Of a stretch of 64,000 nucleotides of DNA, positions 54,401-64,000 are shown one piece after another. The DNA comes from Narcine bancroftii (lineage: Eukaryota). Both the position numbers and the translations under genes were made by a program. The notes beneath the pieces are model-generated. The model made no database searches and had not been told where the DNA came from. It worked only from the letters and a program-made list of their open reading frames with translations. Every line of letters begins with the position of its first letter. The first letter of the stretch is position 1. The stretch is from positions 310,496,001-310,560,000 of the forward strand of contig NC_091470.1 in NCBI RefSeq assembly GCF_036971445.1, given 5' to 3'.

Positions 54401-57400
54401 TCTAGTACCTTCGATCAACCACATTAAACAGAGACTTGTGATTAAAAGGCTTTAATCACCCTAAGACATCAACACATCTCATGTTGCTGGCCCAGTTCCA
54501 AGGCAGGTACTGAGGGAGGAGCTTGGCTGTAGCAGCCTTTATAGGGATTTCCAGGAGGGAAGAGTCACAGGTTCAGGGGGCAGGACAGCATGTACAATAC
54601 AAACAATACAGTGGTTGCCCACATTCCCCCTTTTGGAACAAAGTCAGGCGGGGTGATGTGATTCAATGTTCGTTACAGGTTCAGCCCGTCCAGTGGTCTC
54701 GTCTGTGGCTGAGACCATCGTAAGGTTTCCTGGATGGTGTCTTGTGCAACAGGCTGTGCCTTTAGTGGCTGAGGTGGTGTGGGGGGGGGGGGGGGGGTTA
54801 GTAGGACCATGGGGTTGCTTGGTCTGGGGTTGGGGCACTGTGTCAAGTGCAATTAGTGGGAATGTTTGGCCAGGGTTACTGTAAGGCGATGTTGATTGCT
54901 TGGTTGAGGTACTCCACGCAAGCATATTGGGGGTATGTGTGGAGGAGGTGGACCTTCTCGACCAGGGGGACAATCTTGTGGTATCTGATATGCCTTCAGG
55001 GCAGTACAGGACCAGGGTTTATTAACCAGGATGGCAGTGTGGTTCCCAACACCAACTTCCTGGGGAAGGAAAAGGCCTTTCATGCAGTGTCACATTAGTA
55101 GCAGGACAGAGGAGGGACCTGGTGGCATGGAGTGCCTCAGGGAGGACATCTTACCACCGGGAGATGGGGAGGCCTTTTGATCCGAGGACTAGGAGGACTG
55201 CCTTCCAGACAGTGGCATTCTCCCTTTCTATCTGACTGATCCCCTGTGGGTTATAACCCATGGTCCTGCTCGAGGCTATGTCCTAGGATAGTAGGTACAG
55301 GTGCAGCTCCTCACTCATAAATGAGGATCCCAGTCACTATGGATGTAGCAGGGGTAACCGAACAGAACGAATATGCTGTGCAGTGCCTTTATGACTGTGG
55401 CTGTGGTCATGTCCAGACAGGGGATGCCAAAGGGGAAGTGGGAGTATTCGTCGATGATATTCAGGAAGTATACATTTCACTTGATGGACGGAAGGAGGCA
55501 CATGAAATCCATTCTCAGCCACTCGAAGGGGTGGGTAGCTTTGATGAGATGGGTTTTGTCTGGCCTTTAGAATTGGGGTTTACACTCAACACAGACTGGG
55601 GAGCTCTGTATCAGCTCCCTGATATCCTCAACCAAGTAGGGGAGGTTACAGGCTCTAACAAAGTGGTAGAGCTGGATGACCCCGGGATGGCAGAGGTTGT
55701 TGTGGAGGACTTGGAGGTGGTCCAACTGCGTGTTGGCAGATGCCCCCCAGGACAGGGCATCGGGAGGCTTGTTAAGCTTCCCAGGCCAGTACAATATCTT
55801 GTAGTTAGTTGTGGATGGATAGCTCAATTCTCCACCTCAGGATCTTGTCATTCTTAATTTTTCCTGCACCGTTTGCTATTGAACATAAAGGCAACTGCAT
55901 GTTGGTCAGTCAGCAGGGTGAATGGTTTTCCAACCAGGTCATGCCTCCAGTGGCACACAGCTTCCACTATGGCCTGGGCCTCCTTTTCGATGGTTGAGTG
56001 CTGAAGTTTGTGGCCCTGCAGGATTTGGGAAAAGAAAGCTACTGGCCCGCCCACCCAGTTGAGCGTGGCAGCCTGGGCAAAGTTGGACGCATCACTCTCC
56101 ACCTGGAAGGGAATGGATTCATCCACAGAATACATCATCACCTTGACGATGTCACCCTTGATGTGTGTGAACGCTGCTTGGGCTTCCGCTGACAGGGGAA
56201 AGGTGGTAGATTTCACCAGGGGGCAGGCTTTGTCCATGTAATTTAGGACCCACTAGGCGTAATACAAAAAGAAGCCCAAGCACCTTTTCAGGGCCTTGAG
56301 GGTATGAGCAATGCGGGGCATATGTGGTCAGGATTGTGAAAAATGACACCATTCTCTACCACACAACCCAGGATGGCCAGTCATGAAGTACTGAGCACAC
56401 ACTTTTTTTGGTTACAATATAGGTTGAGGCTTTTGGCCATCTGGAGAAATTTCTGCAGGTTAGCATCATGATCCTGCTGCTCAATTGTCCAAGTAAGGAA
56501 ATGTAGACTTGGCTCCATAGTCATCCACTGTTCAGTTTTTCTCCCTCTGGAAGAAAGAGACCCCATTGGTGACCTCGAAAGGGACTCAGAGTAATTGATA
56601 GAGGCGGCCGTCTGCTTCAAAGGCAATGTTACAAGCTGACCTCTCGACGGATTGGTAGTTGGTGGTAGGCCAAGTTGAAGTCAGTGGTTGAGAAGACCCA
56701 GAACTAGGCGATCTCATTTACCATGTTGGCAATGCAGGGAGTGGGTAGGCATCCAGCTGGGTGAACAGTTTATGGTCTGGCTGTAGTCGATGACCATCTG
56801 CTATTTCTCTCCGCTCTTAATAACCACCACCTGTGCCCTTCTGCCTGAAGCAGTTAGACCTGCTTTGATGAAGGCCCTGTCCCCGGGACTGTATTGCCTG
56901 CTCTTGATGGTGACCAGCTTACACTCGGGGGTGAGGTTCTCGAACAGGGGTGTTGGTGGGACCCGGAGGGTAGAGAGACCACAGGTTATATTTGGGTTGG
57001 GGAGAGGAGAATTGGGTGGTTTAAGAATTTGCAATTGCAGATTATGAGGGGCGGTGAGAACAGTCAAACTACATTTGAATGCTCTTTAGTTGGCACTGGA
57101 AGTCCAATCCCAGTACGACTGGAGTGCAGAGCTGTGGCATGATAAGGATCTTAAAGTTCTTGTGCACCATGCCCTGCACAGTCAGAGTCACGGCATGGTG
57201 CAGCACCCGTGGATCTCAGCCAAGTGGGATTTGGAGGCCAGGAAGATGATAAATTTTGCCAGGGTTACCATGACTGAGTAGCACTATACTGTGCCCAGAT
57301 GAATGAAGCTCTCTGTGCTCCCTGTATCAAATAAGCAATTTGTGACGTGACCATTTACCTCAATGTTCATCATGGCCCTGGCCAGTTGATGTGGGCAGTC

Positions 57401-58587
57401 CTGATCCAGGGTAATCAAGGCCAATGCCTGGTTGCTGTCAGAGTTCCTACTATAGAGTTGGTTTGTGGTGCTGCTCTTTGCCATACCATTTTTCTGCCCC
57501 CCTTGGTCCCACTGAGCCATTTCCCATGACCGGAAGTGAAGCTGGAAGTGATGTGGTCTAAGATGGTGGTGCTGCTGGCCACACACGGCGCTGCTGGAGA
57601 AATGTTGGGACCTACATACCTTCCTGTAGTGTCCTGTCTTCCTGTAGGCAAAAGCATGTAGCGTTTTGGGCAGGCAGTTTTCTTGGGGATGCTTCACATG
57701 GCCGCAGAAGTAGCACTTTGGGTGCTCAATGGTGGTGGCAGTAACTTGGGACCCCACATCCCAAGATGGCAGCGCCTGAGTTCCTCATTTAGCAGCCACA
57801 TTCCCTGAGGAGAAGACCTCTGCATGCAGCTGCATTGTCTCAAATGCTTTAGCCAGGTCAATGACTACTTGCAGGCTTTGATCGTCCTTTCCCAGGAGTC
57901 TCTGACTGATGTAATTAGACTTGAATCCAGCCACATCTGAATTGTGCATCAGGCCTTCTAAATGGACAGCAGCAGAGACTTCTCTGCAGTCACAGGCTTA
58001 CCCCAGCTCTCACAAGACCCACATGAATTCGTCGACTGACTCACCAGGCACTTGTCTACGACTGCCCAGAAAGAATCTGGTGTAGATGACATTTGTTGGG
58101 GTCTAATGTTTCTGCAGGAGCTCCACTGCAGTTGAATAAGTAGTTCTGTCCCTTATCATCTGGAAGTCTCAATGGCCGACCTGAGCAAAGAGTAGATCTC
58201 ATTTGTCTTCCTCATTGTGCATGTCGTTGCTTCTCATGAAAGTGTTGAGTCAGTGCAACCATTGGTCAAATTTGACTGAGGGCCTCTAGATCTTTAGGGT
58301 TGGTGTCCAGTTTATCCACCAGTATTGCCTTGTCCATGGCCCAAAATTTAAGGTAATTAAATTTCAGTGCTATCGATCAACCTCATTAGACAGAGAGTTG
58401 TGATTAAAAGGCTTTAATCACTTTAAGACATCAACAGATCTCACATGTTGCTGGCCTGGTTACAAGGCAGGTACTGAGGGAGGAGTTTTGGCATAACAAC
58501 CTTTATAGGGATTTCTGAGGGGAGGAGTCACAGGTTCAGGAGGTGGGCCAGCACATACAATACAAACAATACATTAGTTGCACCACA
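54401..58587 (-). mobile_element. Gypsy-type LTR retrotransposon with CCHC gag, degenerate
   Basis: LTRs at about 54401-54623 and about 58363-58587, TSD cgaac/agaac, PPT at about 54624-54634. Contains a CYFCGHVKHPQENC knuckle, LFDTGS protease, ESDAS/TDQ RNase H and an H..LCHPG integrase motif. Confidence 0.88.
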
Positions 58588-59099
58588 AGAACACAATGGG
58601 AGAGGGAATGTAAAGGCTCCAGAGAGTTATCTGTGGAACAGTGGAAAGATCACAGTACAGGTGTGGTGGGATACTAAAGGAGAAGAGATTCAGGAACATG
58701 GAGGTTTGAGGCTGAGAGAGGTCAGGTGGTTGGGTGGGAGGGGGGGGGGGGAGAATGGGATGCCATAGGCAATGGCATTAAGTGCCTGAGCTTGCACATG
58801 TTTGCATGATAGAGTGAGTGACTACATACTGAATGATGTCTGTCTGTGTCTATCAATATGTGAGTATTATAGTCCATAATATCAAGTCTGGTCACATGGT
58901 CCATATTGCCACTGGATCAAAGCCTCATTTGTCAATTTCAATCTCGTGTGAAAGCAGGTATGCAGTGGTTAACCATGAGTTAAAAGTAATGGGACGGAGA
59001 ACTTCCAATCCACAATGTGAAAGGCAAGACCTAGTTTGTCAGGACCTTCAGAAAGAGAAACAGCAGTCATACACTTGAGCATCACTCTGCTATCACAGC

Positions 59100-60313
59100 A
59101 TAGTGACTCTGTTGCTTTGATATTCACAATGCCATTTTTTCAATATGAGGACAAGAGTTGTGCCAATTAAAGTCAAAGAAGCTATTATGAGGTAAAAAAA
59201 AATTAAAAATAAGAGACATCGCTCAAAGGATTACCAAGATTAATTATTTGGAACATCATTAAGAAGGAAGAGCATTCTGATGAGCTCAGTAATGACAAAG
59301 GGACTGATATTCCAAGGAAGCTGGTGACAGAAGAATTCTCATCATAATGAAGCAAAATCCCTAAATGCTGGTCCGACAGATCAGAAACACTCTTCAGGAT
59401 ATGTCAATGACTACTGACCACAGAAGATTTCATGAACAGAAATACAGAGGTACACAAGATGCAAACCATTAGTTAGCCACAGAAACAGATGGCCAGATTA
59501 TAGTTTGGTAAGAAGTATTCAAAAAAGAGCCTGTAGAATTCTGGAAAAAGTTCTTGTAGACAGATAAGACCAAGAGTGACCTGTATCATAGTGATGGAAG
59601 AACAAAGTGTGAAGGGGTAAAGGAACTTCTTAAGATCTAAAGGATACCAGTTCATCTGTGAAACATGGTGGTGATGAAATGGCTGGTGGCAGTAGCAAAA
59701 TGAATTCTGAAGTGTATAGAAACATCTTATCTGCTCAGGTTTGAGAAAATGCCTCCAAACTCATTGGATGGCGCTTCATCCTGGAGGATGTCAATAATCC
59801 CAAACATTCCTAAAGCAGCAAAGGAGTTTTTCCAAAACTAAAAGCTGGAAAATTCTTGAATAGCCAAGTCAGTCATCTGATCTAAATCCAATTGAGCATG
59901 CCTTCCATATGCTGAAGAGAAAACTGAAGGGGACAAACCCCCAAAATGAGTTGGAGACAGCTGCAGTAGAGGCCTGGCAGAGCATCACCAGATACTCAGC
60001 ACCTGGTGATATCTATTAATCACAGACTTCAAGCACTCATTGCATGCAAAGGATATGCAACAATGTACTAAATATGCCTACTTTAATATATTGTACATTC
60101 CATTGCTTTGACCCAAATATTATGGTGCCCTAAAATGTGGGGCTATATATAAAAGGTGCTGCAATTTCTACATGGTCAAACCAAACCTTGAATAATATCT
60201 GGAATGTGCATTTTAATCACAGGACTTGTTTGATCACAAATTTAAAACTGTGTTTAGGGGTGAATAAAGGGGGAAAAAAAGTGTCTTTGTCCCAAACATT
60301 ATGGAGGGCTCTG
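59100..60313 (+). mobile_element. Tc1/mariner transposon remnant (left TIR not found)
   Basis: Degenerate DN.PKH (about 59790) and PSQS.DLNPIEH (about 59860) motifs. The right TIR ends ...ctctg followed by TA. Confidence 0.8.
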
Positions 60314-63300
60314 TATATGCCATCACTGCTTTTATTCACTTCACAAAGGGAAACAATTGAATCATCCTGGGTGACTTTAGTGGCAGGCGAAACAAGAGAC
60401 ACAGCTTTGACAAACTGCAAACAGCAATGAGGTAGTAGGTATAGCAAGCTCTTAGAGGGTATACTGACAATAACCACAACAGCAGTGCGAGTATAAGACA
60501 GCTTTAATAAACTAATATGTACACCAAGAGGTCTTGTCTCTCTGCAAGACAAACCTGGAAGGCTAGACTGTAGCTCTGGACTGCTTTACATACAAGGTCA
60601 CCGGGATGACCCCTGGTAACCTAGTGGTGTAATTACATATCACCTCAGAGGGGCTGATCTCCTGAAGAAGTCCTTGAAGCATGTTCTTGTCATAAACAGC
60701 ATCCAACATTGTCAGTGAAGTAAGCACAAAACCTCCCCCAGTCCAGGCATCAGCAACTTTTATATTATTAGCTGAGCAAGAAATGAAAGCTGTGTTTGAA
60801 TCACCGGTACATTGACAGCAAGTAACTAACTCTCTTCTAAATAGCTTCATTTGCTTGTATCCAAAACATCTGCATCAATGGAAATATTGCTGCAAAACCA
60901 TCTGTGTCAAATCTCTTAAGGGCTCTTCTTCCATAGCCCTTATTAGACTGTGCCTCACAAACAATCGATCCCCTGTGTATGGACTATCCCTTTGAATGGC
61001 CCTTTGCTTCTCAATCAAGAAGAACGAGGTCTTAAATAAAAGCAGGTAGTACTTGAAACAAAGTGAATTGAAGTATCTGGTGCAAGAAAATTAGAATGAG
61101 CACGAATGGAAAAACTAACTCTTATTCTTTCTGCAGATGTTACCTGACTTGTTGGGTGTTTCCAGCATTTTCTACTTTTGTTTAAAATTGGCACAGCTGC
61201 AGGTTTTCATTGATTATTCAAGAAATAGGGCTGGTTAGATGAAATTAACCATCACTCAAAGAGGAACAACATTAAATGTAGCTCTGGGAGCTAAATTAAC
61301 CATACAAGTTTACCATTGGAAGAGGGACAACACTTGAGTATAGTTAGCTTGCTTGCATTTATGCTTTCAAATGGCACTTTCCTCCTCACAGGGATTTTTC
61401 ATATGTATTGAAACATTGGAACCAAAATTGTACAAAAACAAAACAAATTTCCATGTCTAGTTTATTACTTATTTTCAGGATCATGAAATAGCACTGTTAA
61501 TATTTTCAACTCCATGAGAATTTTGATGAACAAGTCTCTTTGTTAAGTTTAATAGATTTATTTTTCTTACTGGGATATTTCCCAGGACAATGCTGATGAA
61601 AAAATTGTGTTTATGCTGCTGCAGTGGAATAGAGGGGTAGAATGAGAGAGAAATAAGTTACTAGAGAGCCAAAATCTAACTTGGCATTGCATTAACAAAG
61701 TTGTTGTTATTATTTTGTTGTTGCTTAATACAGAGATTTCTGGGAAGGGATGTACAGTATAGAATTAATGAGTAGTTGGGGTCAATAAAATACAGTCTGT
61801 TCTTTGGAAGGAAATGGGTTGGTAAAGTGGAATGGACAGTTCTCTCTGTTAATGCTGAGAGTATGGGCTAGTTTGAAATCATTAGGCATTTCAACAGGAA
61901 TGGTCACCTTATTGTTTCCTTGCTGGCTCAAATACAGCAAAACCTAAGAGAATGGAGCCATCATGACTTCTTATGTGGAATGTGGTATTGACTGGTATAA
62001 TTCATTTCTTTATTTGAAGCTGGCTATTAAGTATGCAATAGACACAGCAGAGATAATTTTGCAAAGAGATGCGGATTCTTATTTATGTTATGGAATGTTT
62101 GTACTTGGAAGCAGTGTGTAAGCCTTTGGCAAATTCCATCAATTATTGCAATAACCACAATTCATTATCTCCTATATTATTAATGAATATTAACCATTCA
62201 TCATCTTAGGCAGTCCTTTGGGGTTGTGGAAGACTTGCTTTCATTCCAATTCTGTGGCTAAATTGAAGATTTCTATACAGGATCTGTGTGTTTTGGGTAA
62301 GGAGAAAGTCCTTACAAGGATGGCTAATTTTGAATGTTTTGTGTTCCTTTGACCATTTGAAAATTACCCCCATCTGCCCCTCTCAAAGAAACTTGAGCTG
62401 CTCTATGTCTTCCCAGATGCTCTTTCTACATTTTACAGCCTTCAACCAAGAATTCCCATGAGGTGGCATGATACATATTTATAAGGAGATTTAGAATTCT
62501 TCCCTTGGCAAACCTTGGAGTCAAGTGAATGTGTTGGGATTTGATGTTAGGTACCTGGATGTATGAATATGATTAGTGCCTTGATGCTTACAATATTGAC
62601 CTTGGGAAAGGCACTGAAGTTGGTTGGCCTATTTTGCCTATCAGTTTGGAAGATTTTGTACATATTCCATTATAGTTATTTCTCCAGGACCTTTGGCATA
62701 TCTACTTTAGGGTGTCATGACTGCAGTTTTGCAAAAACAGAGAATCACTGATGCATGCGAGGCCATGAACATGGTGCCAGTTCGAGGTTTTGGTGCTGGA
62801 GCAGCCTTTGCCTCAATCAGTCAAAAATCACTAAAATCTCACTGAAACCTTGTGATGAATTTTATCACCAATGTTTGCTTTTGTGGAAAGCTTGTTGGAG
62901 TTGAGGTGCAGCATTGCCACAAAGAATATTGAGAAGAGTATCAGAGTAATGGTATAGCTTGATTCATTTTGCCCCAGGTTTTGGATATCTCATAGAGTCA
63001 GTAGTTATGATCATGGTCTCCATTGTATTAATATGGTAAACATAGAATGAGCTGCCTATTTGACAAAAAAAGCAGAGAGTCAGGATATTGTCATATATAA
63101 CAGTTTATGACATGGAAACAGGCCATCTTGACCCTTCAAGTCCATGCCGGTTCACTCAAATGGCTGATTTATTATCCTTTCAAGCGCATTCTCCTGCCTT
63201 CTCCTAATGAAGGACCTCTCTATCTCCATCTTAAGCAATGTTTATCCAAGCAATGCGAGGCCAATAGACTGACGCAATGGGTTAATTAAATATATGTTTA

Positions 63301-64000
63301 TGAGAGATTAGAATTGGGTTAGCTGTTAGGTTGCATGCCTTGCAAAGTTCCAAGGCAGGTGCAAACAGAAGGTTCTGGGTTTTAGCAACATTTGCAAGGA
63401 AAGCCTGGAAATTGCAACATTTGCGAACTGGAACCAAAAAACCCAGAGCCTGGAACATCAGGAGTGGAGGGGCAAAGAATGAGAGAGAGGGCAGTCTGAG
63501 AAAAGACTGGACTGAAGAGAAGCCTACTGAAAAAGCTCCTTTTTCAAGACTGGACAGAGTTCTGATATGGTAGCCTGAGTGTACTGTCTGTGGAAATCAG
63601 GAGTGGCAGCTAGTCTTCCCGGTGTGGCGAAGAGGAGAAGAACTGTGAGAAGAACCTGGAAAGAAGACAAGTTTGGGGTATCCAACAAGCAACAACCATC
63701 TCTCTGTAACCTGCCACAACTTTCCTGCCTAGTAATTTAAGTAAAGCACTGAGGTTTGCTTGAATGTATGTAGGGCACTACCAGTAACCACAAAGACAAG
63801 CTGAGAGAATGATAGGCTTTAAATACACAGAAGAGCCTTGCTGGCCCGGATCCCAGAATAGGAATGCCTGCACAGGAAAGGTGGTTTGACCTTTGTGGCC
63901 CATGACCATGGGGGAGGAGTCATAGGGTATGAATCATCTGTGGGAGGGCCAGCTCCATATATACAACCAACAATGATAACTATATACAATGGAGGAAACA

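Noticed and set aside
63290-63720. Possible LTR-like repeat near the window end
   Set aside because: The composition is suggestive, but I could not fix termini, a TSD or a PBS.
1-64000. CRISPR arrays, operons, rRNA or tRNA genes
   Set aside because: This is eukaryotic intronic/intergenic DNA with no regular repeat-spacer array. The tRNA-like sequences are only SINE heads and PBSs.

Overview
Vertebrate nuclear DNA, not prokaryotic. It is AT-rich and dense in retroelements. The CR1/HER1-like LINEs and HE1-like SINEs suggest a cartilaginous fish (shark/ray), which is an inference. The only host gene found is the 3' part of DNAAF11 (LRRC6, axonemal dynein assembly factor) on the + strand: eight GT-AG coding exons from 4547 to the stop at 48312, all joining in frame. 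The rest is mostly decayed and often nested transposons: many CR1 LINE pieces, L1/Tx1-type LINEs (one near full length), three Gypsy LTR retrotransposons with paired LTRs and TSDs, a solo LTR, young RTE 3' ends, a Tc1 remnant, SINEs and a palindromic MITE. The most unusual object is a 1.66-kb element at 44173-45836. It has an LTR, a perfect tRNA-Ser PBS and a gag-like ORF, followed by a second LTR in INVERTED orientation, and it is flanked by a 5-bp target-site duplication. Also notable are templated Gypsy fragments stitched into a neighbouring L1, a twin-primed (5'-inverted) L1, and an RTE insertion that replaced part of an L1 endonuclease. Boundaries of decayed repeats are approximate, and all family assignments are by eye with no database search.
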